Of a stretch of 64,000 nucleotides of DNA, positions 1 to 9,584 are shown piece by piece (position 1 is the first letter of the stretch; each line of letters opens with the position of its first letter). Both the position numbers and the translations under genes were made by a program. The notes under the pieces are model-generated. The model saw only the letters and a program-made list of their open reading frames with translations, did no database searches and was not told where the DNA came from. This DNA is from an uncultured Candidatus Rokubacteria bacterium (GTDB lineage: Bacteria; Methylomirabilota; Methylomirabilia; Rokubacteriales; CSP1-6). Location of the stretch: NCBI GenBank assembly GCA_963754315.1, contig CAVWFS010000016.1, positions 143,787-207,786 of the forward strand. Reading direction: 5' to 3'.

Positions 1-1194
1 GCCCGTGTAGACCTTCATGAGGCCCACGTTGCCGCTGGAGCTGACCACGAAGGCGATCATGCCCACCGGCGGGAACACGAGCCCCATCGACACCATGAGC
101 ATCGACATGACGCCGAACCAGATGGGGTCGAAGCCGAGCGCGGTGATGAGCGGGAAGGTCAGCTGCAAGGTCAGGAGCAGCAGCGGCAGCTCGTCCATGA
201 ACATGCTCACCACGAAGTAGGCGACCACGATCCCCACGATGACGACCCACCGGTTGAGGTTCAGCTCGGTCACGACCGCCACCACCTGCTGGGGGATCTT
301 GCTCATGGCCATGTAGTAGCCGAACACGGTGGCGCCAATGAGAATCATGAAGATCAGGGCCGAGATCTTGATGGTTTGCCGGAGCGCGTCCAAGGCGCCC
401 GCCCACGTGAGACGGCCGAAGGCGACCCCGATCAGCCCCGCCAGGAAGGCCCCCACGGCGCCGACCTCGGTAGGAGTTGCTACACCGGTGTACAGCAGGA
501 CGATGACCAGCGTGATCAGCAGCAGGCTCGACCAGATCCGCCGCAGGCTGGCCCAGCGCTCGCGGGCCGTCACCACGTAAGTCTCGGGAGCGTGGGAGGG
601 GCGGACCCGGACCCAGACCAGAATGGCTACGATCAGAAACGCCCCCACGATGAGGGCGGGGACCACGCCGGCGATGAGCAGCTTGCCGATGGACGTCTGG
701 GTGGTGATGCCGTAGATCACCATGCCCACGCTCGGCGGGATGAGAATGTCGAGGGTCGATCCGATCCCGATCGATCCCGCTGCCAGCTGATCGGAGTACC
801 CATGGCGACGCATCTCGGGCATGGCGATGCTCGACATGACCGCCGCCGCCGCCAGGCTGGCCCCCGACATGGCCCCGAAGATCCCGCACGCGAACACGGT
901 GGCGATGGCGAGCCCGCCGCGGACGGACGAGAGCCAGTTGGCCCCGGCCGTGTAGAGGTCGCGGGCGAGGCCCCCGGAGGCCGAGAAGTAGGCCATGAGA
1001 ATGAACATGGGAATCGTCGTCAGCACGTACTCGGCCGCCACCCCGTAGGGGGTCGTGCCCAAGATGCGCAGGACGACGGTCCAGTCCCCTCCGAGGAGAT
1101 AAATGCCGACGATCCCCGCGATGGCCAGGGAGAAGGCGATAGGGACTCCCAGCAGCAGCGCGCCGATCATGACGAGGAACGGCACGTAAGCCAT
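1..1194 (-). CDS. dctM: TRAP transporter large permease (DctM), 3' end outside window
   Basis: Reverse strand from ATG at 1194 reads MAYVPFLVMIGALLLGVPIAFSLAI and later LTTIPMFILM, GSTLDILIPPSVGMVIY, TPTEVGAVGA, which are DctM motifs; lies downstream of dctQ. Confidence 0.92.
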   Translation of the reverse strand, partial: MAYVPFLVMIGALLLGVPIAFSLAIAGIVGIYLLGGDWTVVLRILGTTPYGVAAEYVLTTIPMFILMAYFSASGGLARDLYTAGANWLSSVRGGLAIATVFACGIFGAMSGASLAAAAVMSSIAMPEMRRHGYSDQLAAGSIGIGSTLDILIPPSVGMVIYGITTQTSIGKLLIAGVVPALIVGAFLIVAILVWVRVRPSHAPETYVVTARERWASLRRIWSSLLLITLVIVLLYTGVATPTEVGAVGAFLAGLIGVAFGRLTWAGALDALRQTIKISALIFMILIGATVFGYYMAMSKIPQQVVAVVTELNLNRWVVIVGIVVAYFVVSMFMDELPLLLLTLQLTFPLITALGFDPIWFGVMSMLMVSMGLVFPPVGMIAFVVSSSGNVGLMKVYTG

Positions 1195-1197
1195 GGG

Positions 1198-1692
1198 TCA
1201 GTTGTTCATGAGGAGGCTCGAGCGACCCTTCCGCACTTCCTTGAGATCGACCAGCATCAGCACGGTGGTGAGGAACAGCCCGATGGAGACGAGCAGATGG
1301 GCGGGCCACAAGGGCAGCTCGAGCGTAACGAACGTTGTCTTGGTTGCCCACACGTGGCGGGCCTGCTGGAAGGTGGCGAAGACGAGGAGCGCACAGTATG
1401 CGATGGACATGAGCTGCACCAGATGGTCGAGGACGAGCCTTGGCCCCCGGCCGAAGCGCTCGACCAGGAATGTGACTCGTATGTTGGCGCCCTGCCGGTA
1501 GGCGTACGGCATGGCCAGAAAGACCGCCGCGATCATCAGGTAGTTCGTGGTGAGCTCGTAGGCGGCGAGGATCGGCCGGTTGAACAGATAGCGGCCTCCG
1601 GCATCGACGGTGGTGAGGATCATCATGCCGAATGTGGCGACGGCCGCCACGAGGGTCAGGAGCCGCTCGCAGCCGTCCAGCCACCTCCGCAT
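1198..1692 (-). CDS. dctQ: TRAP transporter small permease (DctQ)
   Basis: 164 aa, about 4 TM segments, GRYLFNRPI...YELT and NIRVTFL motifs; between dctP and dctM. Confidence 0.9.
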   Translation of the reverse strand: MRRWLDGCERLLTLVAAVATFGMMILTTVDAGGRYLFNRPILAAYELTTNYLMIAAVFLAMPYAYRQGANIRVTFLVERFGRGPRLVLDHLVQLMSIAYCALLVFATFQQARHVWATKTTFVTLELPLWPAHLLVSIGLFLTTVLMLVDLKEVRKGRSSLLMNN

Positions 1693-1717
1693 GGGCGCCC
1701 GCGTCCCGTCCCGGGGC

Positions 1718-2734
1718 CTACGGATCGTACTTCTTGACCGCCTCCCGCAGGTCGTTGAGAAGCTGGCGCCCGGGCAGCCCCTTGGCCTCCATGCTCTTCA
1801 ACCACTCCTCCTCGATGGGCTTGAGGCGAGCGGCCCAGCGCTGGCGCTCTTCAGCGGGGACCGTGTAGATGGTTGCTCCCGCCTTCTTGGCGACCGCGAT
1901 GCCCTCGAGATCGTTCTTGTCCCAGGCAACGCCGGTGAACTCGGCCCCCCAGGTTCCGCTCAGATCGTCGATCACCTTGCGGAGATCAGGCGGGAGGCTG
2001 TCGTACTTCTTCTGATTCATCATGGTGAACAGCGGTGCCGCGTAGAGGTTGACCACCGTGTGATGCTTCAGGACCTCGGCCAGCTTGAAGGACCAGATCG
2101 CCTCCCACGGGAAGATTGTTCCGTCCACGGTTCCGCGCTCAAGGGCGGTGTAGGTGTCGGGGGCGGGAATGCTTACCGGAACCGCGCCGAGGGTCTTGAC
2201 CATGTTGGTGAGCACGGGCGTTGCCGCCCGGATCTTGAGGCCGGCGAGGTCCTCGATGACCTTGACCTGCTTCTTGGCAAGATGGAACTGGCCGGGCCCA
2301 TGCACCCAGATCCAGAGCAGCTTCACGTCCTTGAACTCCGCGCGGAAGTACTTGTCGACGAGCGACTGGACGGCCAGGCTGCCGCCCTTCGCCGACTTGA
2401 AGAGCAACGGTAGCTCGGCCACCGAGATGAGCGGAAAGCGGCCGGGCGTGTAACCGGGGGTGGCGAATCCCATATCGGCGATACCGTTCACGACCATGTC
2501 GTAGTGATCGGCGGGCTTGCCCAGGGTGCTGCCCGGAAAGATGGTCACCTTGAGGCGGCCGCCGCTCTTCTCCTCGATCATCTTGGCCCAGGGGACCATC
2601 ACGCCCGTGTGGTGACCGTGGGCGATGCCGACCCAGCTCGAGAACTTCAGCTCGATCGGCTTGTCCTGACCGACGGCGGGGCCGGGGAAAAGCCAGAGCC
2701 AGGCCAGGGCGACGACCAGCCACGCGTGTCTCAT
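1718..2734 (-). CDS. dctP: TRAP transporter substrate-binding protein (DctP family)
   Basis: Signal peptide; SGGRLKVTIFPGSTLG, DLAGLKIR, YTALERGTVDG motifs. Confidence 0.93.
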   Translation of the reverse strand: MRHAWLVVALAWLWLFPGPAVGQDKPIELKFSSWVGIAHGHHTGVMVPWAKMIEEKSGGRLKVTIFPGSTLGKPADHYDMVVNGIADMGFATPGYTPGRFPLISVAELPLLFKSAKGGSLAVQSLVDKYFRAEFKDVKLLWIWVHGPGQFHLAKKQVKVIEDLAGLKIRAATPVLTNMVKTLGAVPVSIPAPDTYTALERGTVDGTIFPWEAIWSFKLAEVLKHHTVVNLYAAPLFTMMNQKKYDSLPPDLRKVIDDLSGTWGAEFTGVAWDKNDLEGIAVAKKAGATIYTVPAEERQRWAARLKPIEEEWLKSMEAKGLPGRQLLNDLREAVKKYDP

Positions 2735-2821
2735 CGTTGAGTCCCCCTCTGTCGACCTCGGGATGATGACGCGCGGCAGTCCGGGCCCGCGACGTCGCGG
2801 ACGCGGCGGATCATAGCACGC

Positions 2822-3802
2822 TCACTTCGTCTCGATCTTTCCCACCCGTCGCACCCCTTCGGCCAGACGCCGGGCGTCGGCGTCGAAGAACGTGCGGAAC
2901 TCCTGACCCTGCTTGAAGGTGATCGGCGTCTCCAGCTTGGTCATGGCTGCCTTGAAGTCGGGATCGGCGACCACGGCGCGCATCGCTTCCCGCAGCTTGG
3001 CGAGCACCGGCTCCGGCGTCCCCTTCGGCGCGAAGAGCCCGGCCCAGATGTAGAACTCGGCCCCCGGGTAGCCTAGCTCCTTGAAGGTCGGCACCTCGGG
3101 CAGGGCGGAGATGCGTTGATCTCCCCAGCCCGCTAGAACCCTGAGCTTGCCCGCCTTGATTTGGGGGAGGACGACAGATGGTCCGGACGCCAGCGCATCG
3201 ACGTGTCCACCAAGGAGCGCAGTGACGGCAGGACCGCCGCCGGGAAACGGTACGTGCCGGAGTTTGATTCCCGCAGCCTGTTGCAGCAGTTCCATCGCCA
3301 TGTGCAAGGTGCCGTAGATGCCCGACGAGCTGTAACTGATCTGGTCCGGCCGTTTGCGGGCGTCCTCGATGAACTCCCCGGCCGTCTTCCACGGGCTCTC
3401 CGTGCGCACCACCAGGATGGTGGGATCGGCCGAGATCAAGGCGATGGGCTCGAACTGGTCCACCGTGAAGGCGGGCGGCCTCCCAAACAGCTTGTCGGCC
3501 TCGGGAATGATCGAGATCGAGGACAGCGCGAGCAGCAAGGTGTAGCCGTCTGGCTTGCTGGTGGCGACGTATTGCATGCCGACAGCCCCCGCCGCGCCGG
3601 TCTTGTTGACGACCCCCACCGGGGCCTTGAGTGTCTTCTCCAGGGCGGCCGCCACCGGTCGCGCCGTGAGGTCGGCCACGCCGCCGGGCGGGAAGGGCGC
3701 CACGATGGTGATGGCGCGGTTCGGGTACGCTTCCTGGGCGGCCACCACGCCGCCCGATATGCCGAGGAGCGCCACCAACACGAGGATGATCATTGTCGTC
3801 AT
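2822..3802 (-). CDS. Tripartite tricarboxylate transporter substrate-binding protein (TctC/Bug family)
   Basis: YPNRAITIVAPFPPGGVADLTAR, VVNKTGAAG, PDGYTL, LPEVPTFKELG motifs; signal peptide. Confidence 0.93.
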   Translation of the reverse strand: MTTMIILVLVALLGISGGVVAAQEAYPNRAITIVAPFPPGGVADLTARPVAAALEKTLKAPVGVVNKTGAAGAVGMQYVATSKPDGYTLLLALSSISIIPEADKLFGRPPAFTVDQFEPIALISADPTILVVRTESPWKTAGEFIEDARKRPDQISYSSSGIYGTLHMAMELLQQAAGIKLRHVPFPGGGPAVTALLGGHVDALASGPSVVLPQIKAGKLRVLAGWGDQRISALPEVPTFKELGYPGAEFYIWAGLFAPKGTPEPVLAKLREAMRAVVADPDFKAAMTKLETPITFKQGQEFRTFFDADARRLAEGVRRVGKIETK

Positions 3803-3897
3803 GGTGTTCCTCCCGTTCGAATCGCCGACAGCCTAGCACGCGCCCTTCGCTCAGGTCGTGCGCGCGACGTGTAGAATCCTCGCCACAGGAGGGTGCC

Positions 3898-4763
3898 ATG
3901 ACGACCGAAACGCGGGGGACCACCGCGAGCAAGACCATCGCCGATCTCATCGAAGACCGTTTCGGTCTGCCGACCGACGCCGGTCGAAGCCATCCAGCCA
4001 ACGAAACCGTCGAGCTGATCCTTTCCCACCGCACCCAGCGCCGCTACAAGCCCGATCCGGTACCTGACGACGTTTTGCAGATCGTGCTGGGAGCGGCGCT
4101 CTCGGCACCGTCCAAGTCAGACCTGCAGCAGGTGGCCATCATCCTCGTCAAGGATCGCGCGAAGCAGGCCACCATCGGTGGCTGGATTCCCGACATGCCG
4201 TGGATCGCCACCGCTCCGCTCTTCGCGGTGTTCTGCGGTGATCATCGGCGCATGCGGCGGGTGGCCGAGATGCGTGGCCGGCCCTTTCCCAACGACACGC
4301 TCGACATGTTCATGAACGCGGCCGTCGACGCGGGCCTGGTGCTGCAGAACTTCATCACCGCGGCGGAGGCGCTCGGGCTCGGGCTGCTGCCCCATCAGCG
4401 TGGTCCGCAACCACGTCGAAAAGCTCGCCGAGCTGCTGGAGCTACCGGCCGGCGTGTTTCCCTGTGGCCGGGCTCTGCGTCGGCTATCCCATCCAGCGCG
4501 GCTGGATCAGCATGCGGCTGCCGCCGGCGGTCACCGTCCACACCGATCGCTACGACGACCGCGAGCTGCCTGCCCATCTGGAGGCTTACGACCGGCGGCG
4601 CGAGGCGCGCCATGCGACCCCGCGGGAGAGCCAGCGCTACGTGGAGCGGTTCGGCCACACCGAGCCCTACGGGTGGTCGGAGGACAAGGCCCGCCAGTAC
4701 TCCGTCCCCGAGCGCCACAACTTCGGCCCCTTCATCCGCGGCCACGGTTTCGGGCTCGCGTAG
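3898..4763 (+). CDS. NfsA/FRP-like NAD(P)H-dependent nitroreductase / flavin reductase (two apparent frameshifts near 4385 and 4460)
   Basis: SHRTQRRYKPDPVPDD, SAPSKSDLQQ, AVDAGLVLQNFITAAEALGLG; continues in other frames as VRNHVEKLAELLELPAGVFP and AGLCVGYP...RLPPAVTVHTDRY; RBS AGGAGG upstream of ATG 3898. Confidence 0.85.
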
Positions 4764-4799
4764 CCACGCCGTTCGGCAGGCGAGCTCGAGAGAGGCCCG

Positions 4800-4824
4800 G
4801 TATGATATCGTTTAGATATCATAC
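4800..4824. promoter_or_regulatory. 10-bp inverted repeat, probable antitoxin operator
   Basis: GTATGATATC-gttta-GATATCATAC, AT-rich, 18 bp upstream of the antitoxin start. Confidence 0.65.
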
Positions 4825-4842
4825 AGACGAGGGAGCGTTGCT

Positions 4843-5079
4843 ATGCCCGACATCCTCGTGCGCGGTCTCCGGCGGGAGACCGTCGAACGCCTGAAGCGGC
4901 GGGCCAAGACAAGCGGCCGCTCTTTGCAGCAAGAGGTCAAGACCGTCCTTGAGCGGTCTGTCAGCATGTTGACGGCGCCCGAGATGCGCCGTCTCACCCA
5001 GTCCTGGCATCGGCGCCTGGCGGGCCGCACATTTTCGGACAGCGCCGACCTTATCCGCGAGGACCGTGAGGCCCGATGA
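4843..5079 (+). CDS. FitA-like ribbon-helix-helix antitoxin
   Basis: MPDILVRGL...LKRRAKTSGRSLQQEV, C-terminal SDSADLIREDR; ATGA overlap with PIN gene. Confidence 0.88.
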   Translation: MPDILVRGLRRETVERLKRRAKTSGRSLQQEVKTVLERSVSMLTAPEMRRLTQSWHRRLAGRTFSDSADLIREDREAR

Positions 5080-5510
5080 CCCGAATGGTCGTGGACGCCA
5101 GCGTTGCCGTCAAATGGTTTCTGCCGGAGCCCCTTGCGGCGGCGGCGATGGGTCTCCTCGATGCCAGATACACGCTGGCGGCCCCGGGTCTCCTCTTGAT
5201 CGAGGTGGCCAATGCGCTGTGGAAGCGGTACCGTCGTCGCGAGCTCGACGCAGGCGAAGCCAGGCGGATTCTTGGTGACTTGACCCGGGCGCCCCTGGAG
5301 ATTCATCCGAGCGAGCCTTTGACGGCGGCAGCGCTCGATATCGCCGTGCGGCACCACATCAGCGTTTATGACGGCCTCTACCTGGCCCTGGCGGCCGGGC
5401 ACGGGTGCCAACTCGTCACCGCCGACCGGCGGCTCTATGAGATCTGTCGTGCCACTGAAATGGCGCCCTGGCTCGTTTGGGTGGGTGAGCTGCCCGGCCT
5501 GCATCGCTGA
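5076..5510 (+). CDS. vapC: VapC-family PIN domain toxin
   Basis: VVDASVAVKWF, EVANALWK, SVYDGLYLALA, LVTADRRL. Confidence 0.92.
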   Translation: MTRMVVDASVAVKWFLPEPLAAAAMGLLDARYTLAAPGLLLIEVANALWKRYRRRELDAGEARRILGDLTRAPLEIHPSEPLTAAALDIAVRHHISVYDGLYLALAAGHGCQLVTADRRLYEICRATEMAPWLVWVGELPGLHR

Positions 5511-5512
5511 AC

Positions 5513-6181
5513 GTGCCTATCCGAGCCATCACGCTCGTCTTCCTTCTTGCCGCCGGCTGCACATCGATCCACCTCACCGAGACATCGCGGAAAAGCGCGG
5601 CCTCGGGGTCTCTCTTCATCCGGATCCTGGTGGCGGTGACGGCGGAGGACGCGAACATGGGCCGCGCCCTGGAGAGCGAGGTCGTCGCTCGACTAGCGGA
5701 CACCGGTACTCGAGGGTTCGCGGCTCACCAGTCCTTGCCGACGGGCTTGGCTGCCGATCGCGCTGCTCTCACTGCCCTTGCGGATCGCCTCGGGGCGGAT
5801 GCGATCCTCGATGTCAGACTCACCCTCGACACACGCACCGAGCCGCCCTCAGTGGAGGTGACGGTCGTCCCGGCCGTCACTTTCTGGGGCAGTCCGCGCG
5901 CGGCGGGCCGCGCGCCCTACGCCTCCTACACTCGGACGGGTGGCCGACCGGTCGAGGAGGCGCGCCTGGAGGCGGACCTCCGGACTGTCAACGACCCGAC
6001 ACCCATCTGGTCCGCCTCCACCGGGGCTTTCTCGCAGACTGATCTGCCGCGGGCTACCCGCGACTTTGCTGACCTCGTGGTGCGTGAGCTGCGGCACCAG
6101 CGCTTGATCGCGGCTTACCCGCGCTCACAGTCACGGCCGTCCTCTTTGATGGCGATGCCCCCTTGGAGAGCCTCCATGTAG
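5513..6181 (+). CDS. Hypothetical lipoprotein
   Basis: Signal peptide with lipobox LAAGC; GADAIL and IWSASTG segments typical of small periplasmic alpha/beta lipoproteins; 3' end uncertain. Confidence 0.6.
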   Translation: MPIRAITLVFLLAAGCTSIHLTETSRKSAASGSLFIRILVAVTAEDANMGRALESEVVARLADTGTRGFAAHQSLPTGLAADRAALTALADRLGADAILDVRLTLDTRTEPPSVEVTVVPAVTFWGSPRAAGRAPYASYTRTGGRPVEEARLEADLRTVNDPTPIWSASTGAFSQTDLPRATRDFADLVVRELRHQRLIAAYPRSQSRPSSLMAMPPWRASM

Positions 6182-6293
6182 GAGGCCACGGAGCGCGGAT
6201 GGAATCCTGGGCGGGGCGAGGCGGCCGAAGGCGTACTACCATAGCGGTAAGCAATAGCGCGGCGTCGTGGACGAGTCGCGCCAGGAGGGACAC

Positions 6294-6767
6294 ATGAGCA
6301 GCTCCAAGGTGAAGGCGATTCCCGACGGTTATCACAGTGCGACTGCGTATCTGATCGTTGACGGAGCGGCCAAGGCGCTGGACTTCTACAAGCGGGTCTT
6401 TGGCGCCTCCGAGAAGATGCGGATGCCGAGCCCGGGAGGTAAGGTAGGTCACGCCGAGATCGTCATCGGCGACTCGATGATCATGCTGGCCGACGAGCAC
6501 CCCGAGATGGGTGCGCGCGGCCCGCGGGCCTTCGGGGGCTCCCCGGTGAGCATGATGGTCTACGTCGAGGACGTGGACGCAACCGTCAAGACCGCGCTGG
6601 CCGCGGGTGCCAAGCTGATCCGGCCCGTGGAGGACAAATTCTACGGCGACCGGTCGGGCACCATCGAGGACCCCTTCGGCCACCACTGGCACGTCTCGAC
6701 CCACAAGGAGGACGTGCCCGCCGAGGAGATGGCGCGCCGGGCCGCCGCCATGAGCCAGTCAGGGTAG
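6294..6767 (+). CDS. VOC/glyoxalase family protein (PhnB-like)
   Basis: IPDGYHSATAYLIVDGAAKALDFYKRVFGA, HAEIVIGDS, DKFYGDRSG, DPFGHHW; RBS AGGAGG before ATG 6294. Confidence 0.92.
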   Translation: MSSSKVKAIPDGYHSATAYLIVDGAAKALDFYKRVFGASEKMRMPSPGGKVGHAEIVIGDSMIMLADEHPEMGARGPRAFGGSPVSMMVYVEDVDATVKTALAAGAKLIRPVEDKFYGDRSGTIEDPFGHHWHVSTHKEDVPAEEMARRAAAMSQSG

Positions 6768-6799
6768 TTCGCGCGCCCTACGCGCCCGGCCGCGGAGTC

Positions 6800-6980
6800 C
6801 GAAGACCGAGAGTGTCGCAGGCGGCGGCGATCTCTGCCTTCTTGCCTCGTAAGTCTGGCGGCAAGGATGTGTCGGACAGGGTAGAGCAGTCGCCCGAGGC
6901 TGCCCGGAGAGCCTCCACCGCGGGCTGTACCATGCGCGCAGCTGCGGTCGCTGGTAGCTGATGAATAGGTGAGGAATCAC
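6800..6980 (-). pseudogene. Possible degraded TIR-domain gene fragment
   Basis: Reads IPHLFISYQR then, in a shifted frame, VEALRAASGDCSTLSDTSLPPDLRGKKAEIAAAC, matching the spacing of the TIR_2 N-terminus. Confidence 0.35.
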
Positions 6981-6988
6981 GGCTCAAC

Positions 6989-7008
6989 CCATAAATATGG
7001 TAATATGG
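6989..7008. promoter_or_regulatory. Probable TA operator
   Basis: CCATAAATATGG imperfect palindrome followed by a second AATATGG, just upstream of the antitoxin ATG at 7017. Confidence 0.5.
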
Positions 7009-7016
7009 AAATCCGT

Positions 7017-7262
7017 ATGAAGACGACCGTGGAGCTTCCCGACGACCTGCTGATCTCGGCCAAGAAGCGGGCGGCCGAGCTGCGATGCTCCTTGCGCACC
7101 CTCATCGAGCGCGGGTTGCGCCATGAGCTGTCGGACACGAAGCGCGATCGTCCGGGGGGAAAGCGGAGAATACGGTGGGTAACCGTGCCGGGGAAGCTGC
7201 CGCGAGGTCTCAACGTGAGGGATCGCACGGCCATGCACGACTGGCTCCGGAGGTCCCGCTGA
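7017..7262 (+). CDS. vapB: VapB-type antitoxin (DUF2191-like)
   Basis: MKTTVELPDDLLISAKKRAAE...LRTLIERGLR; overlaps PIN gene. Confidence 0.88.
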   Translation: MKTTVELPDDLLISAKKRAAELRCSLRTLIERGLRHELSDTKRDRPGGKRRIRWVTVPGKLPRGLNVRDRTAMHDWLRRSR

Positions 7263-7687
7263 TCGCCATCGACACCAACCTGCTGATTTACGCGCACCGG
7301 GCGGGTGTTCCCGAACACGACCCGGCCCGGCGGGCGCTGGAGCGAGCGGCCAACGACGCTGCCGGGTGGGGGTTTAGCCTGGCCAGTATCGCGGAGTTCT
7401 GGAGCGTGGTCACGCACCCGGCGGCCGCGGGCCGGGCGTCCACCCCGCGGCAGGCCGTCGCCTTCGTGGAGGCGCTCGCGGAGGCCGGCGCGCAGCTGTG
7501 GCAACCTGGTCCTGGTTTCGCCAATCGTCTGCTTCACGCGGCGGAGGAGCGCAATATCCGAGGCCGCCGCGTGTTCGATCTCCACATCGCGCTGACGGCG
7601 GCCGAGGCGGGGGCACGGGAGATCTGGACCCACGACGACAAGTTCGTATCGGTGCCTGGCTTGCGCGTGCGTGACCCGCTCGGCTGA
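7259..7687 (+). CDS. vapC: VapC-family PIN toxin (apparent CTG start)
   Basis: IAIDTNLLIYAHR, EFWSVVTHP, GRRVFDLHIA, IWTHDDKF; start overlaps the antitoxin stop as CTGA. Confidence 0.9.
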   Translation: MIAIDTNLLIYAHRAGVPEHDPARRALERAANDAAGWGFSLASIAEFWSVVTHPAAAGRASTPRQAVAFVEALAEAGAQLWQPGPGFANRLLHAAEERNIRGRRVFDLHIALTAAEAGAREIWTHDDKFVSVPGLRVRDPLG

Positions 7688-7693
7688 CATCGC

Positions 7694-8293
7694 GTGTGGA
7701 GTCGGCGGGCCCTCCTTGTCGCGCTGCTGCTCGGTGTGATCGGGTTTGCCGCCGTGCCGCGTCTCCTGTCGCGGCTCGATCATCACCCGCCTCGGCCCAC
7801 GACGAGCGTGGAGGTCCGGACGGCCGGCGACCTCTACGCGCACCACTTCAAGAACGCACGCCACGAGCGCATGTTCCTGGCCTCGATCGCCTTCTTCGTG
7901 ACGTTCGTGGTGATCCGAACGATCACGCACTTGATTCGCGCTGGCCGGGGACCGTTTCACGACGTGGTCACGAAGGAGGGACATGTCCACCATCTCGTCT
8001 GGGGGATTCTCCTGCTGCTCGGGGTCGGATACCTCTGGCTGCTCCAGATCGGCACCGGGGAGCCGACGGCACGCCCCTGGGCCTCCCCGCTCACCGCGCT
8101 CCTGTTCGGAGCGGCGTCGGCCCTCACCCTGGACGAGTTCGCGCTGTGGCTGACGTTTCGCGACGTCTACTGGGAGCGCGAAGGGCGGCTCAGCATTGAC
8201 GCTGTTGTACTGTTCGGCTCCCTGCTCTCGATCGCCATGTGGGGCGGCACCTTTCTCAGGGATCTGGTCCGGCTGTGGGGCCGCCTGGTGTGA
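7694..8293 (+). CDS. Conserved hypothetical membrane protein
   Basis: Several TM segments with GHVHHLVWGILLL and LTLDEFALWL...DVYW...GRLSIDAV motifs. Confidence 0.75.
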   Translation: MWSRRALLVALLLGVIGFAAVPRLLSRLDHHPPRPTTSVEVRTAGDLYAHHFKNARHERMFLASIAFFVTFVVIRTITHLIRAGRGPFHDVVTKEGHVHHLVWGILLLLGVGYLWLLQIGTGEPTARPWASPLTALLFGAASALTLDEFALWLTFRDVYWEREGRLSIDAVVLFGSLLSIAMWGGTFLRDLVRLWGRLV

Positions 8294-8311
8294 CGGCACG
8301 GTCGCTCATCG

Positions 8312-9526
8312 CTAGCGCTTCGGAGGTTTCCAGAACTGATCGACGTCCGGCACCACGTCGAACACGGTGTTCTGGTACTTGCCTCCGACCTTCTCGACGC
8401 GGCGCAAATAGGTGGGGATGACGGCGTTCTGCTTGTCGTCGAAGCGGAAGGGGCCGCCCGGCGCCTCGAAGCGCGTCCGGCGCAGGGCCTCCAGGAACCG
8501 GGGCTGATCCTCCACATTGCCGCCAACCGCCTTCAGGGCCTCGCCGCTCGCCTTGGCGGCCAGGTACCCGAGATGGTTGTTGTAGACCGGATCCTTCTTG
8601 TACTTCCGATTGAAGGCCTGGACGAAGCGCTTGTTCTCGGGCGTGTCCACCGTGGGTGAGTAGGACATCCAGCTGACGACGCCGAGGGCTTGCTCGCCGA
8701 CCGTGCGCAGGTAGCTCTCGCTCACCGTCTCGCCGAGGGCCAGCAGGGGCAGCTTCCCCTTGAGGCCGTATTCCTGCCACGCCTTGAGCCACTGGGGCGC
8801 GCTCGGGCCCCAGAGGATGGCCACCACTGCGTCCAGCTCGCCCACCTTGTTCTGAACCCGGGAGATGTAGGGGGCGACGTCCATGGCGCCGAGAGGCATC
8901 AAGACTTTCTCGGCGGACTGCCCGCCGCTCTCCATGAAGGCCTTGATGAAGCCGTCGGCCTGCTCGTGGCCGGCCACGTAGTCGAGGGCGGCCACAGCAA
9001 TCCGCTTGTGGCCGAGCTTGGCCGCCACGTACCAGCCGCCGGCCGCCTCTTGCTGATAGCTACTCATCGCGCTCCGGAAGAGGGTCGGACTGGCCTTCTC
9101 GGCCGTCAGGCTGTTGGCCGTGGCCTGCGTGATGATGAGAGGCACCTTGCGCTCGTGCAGGTAGTCGCGGATGGCGACGGCCACCGCGCTCGACACGGGG
9201 CCCAGGATCAGCTGGACGCGGTCGGACTCGACGAGCTTCCTGACCTTGGTGAGCCCGACATCGGGCTTGCCCTCCGAGTCCTCCACGATCAGGCGCACCG
9301 CTCGGCCGGCCACCTGGTTGCTCATCTCGTCTTCCCAGTAGAGCTTGATCCCCTCGTTGATCTCCGATCCGTTGACGGCGAGGGGACCGGTGATGGCGTT
9401 GAGCACGCCGATCTTGATCGGATCCTTCTGGGCCTCCGCCCCGTGAACGATGCCCAGCACCAAGACGCAGGCAGCGACGACCCCGATGAGCGAATCCCAG
9501 AGCCTGAGCGTCGTCTGGTTCTTCAT
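8312..9526 (-). CDS. ABC transporter substrate-binding protein (branched-chain amino acid/HAAT type)
   Basis: Signal peptide, IKIGVLNAITGPLA, EDSEGKPD, ILGPVSSAVA, DYVAGHE. Confidence 0.92.
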   Translation of the reverse strand: MKNQTTLRLWDSLIGVVAACVLVLGIVHGAEAQKDPIKIGVLNAITGPLAVNGSEINEGIKLYWEDEMSNQVAGRAVRLIVEDSEGKPDVGLTKVRKLVESDRVQLILGPVSSAVAVAIRDYLHERKVPLIITQATANSLTAEKASPTLFRSAMSSYQQEAAGGWYVAAKLGHKRIAVAALDYVAGHEQADGFIKAFMESGGQSAEKVLMPLGAMDVAPYISRVQNKVGELDAVVAILWGPSAPQWLKAWQEYGLKGKLPLLALGETVSESYLRTVGEQALGVVSWMSYSPTVDTPENKRFVQAFNRKYKKDPVYNNHLGYLAAKASGEALKAVGGNVEDQPRFLEALRRTRFEAPGGPFRFDDKQNAVIPTYLRRVEKVGGKYQNTVFDVVPDVDQFWKPPKR

Positions 9527-9584
9527 GGTGCCCTCCGGGCGCCGGTCACACCGGCGCGGTGTAGTGAACGAGTCGGTAGGAGCG

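Noticed and set aside
376..1737. Long antisense ORFs (also 6977-8299, 11843-13198, 24580-26562, 38662-40275)
   Set aside because: Shadow frames of real genes in high-GC DNA; no family motifs.
2787..2800. Perfect palindrome CCGCGACGTCGCGG
   Set aside because: GC-rich palindromes of this length are expected by chance here; no other copies noticed.
6115..6210. Possible coding fragment on the - strand (ASYMEALQGGIAIKEDGRD)
   Set aside because: Looks codon-like, but no family could be recognised and it overlaps the lipoprotein gene end.
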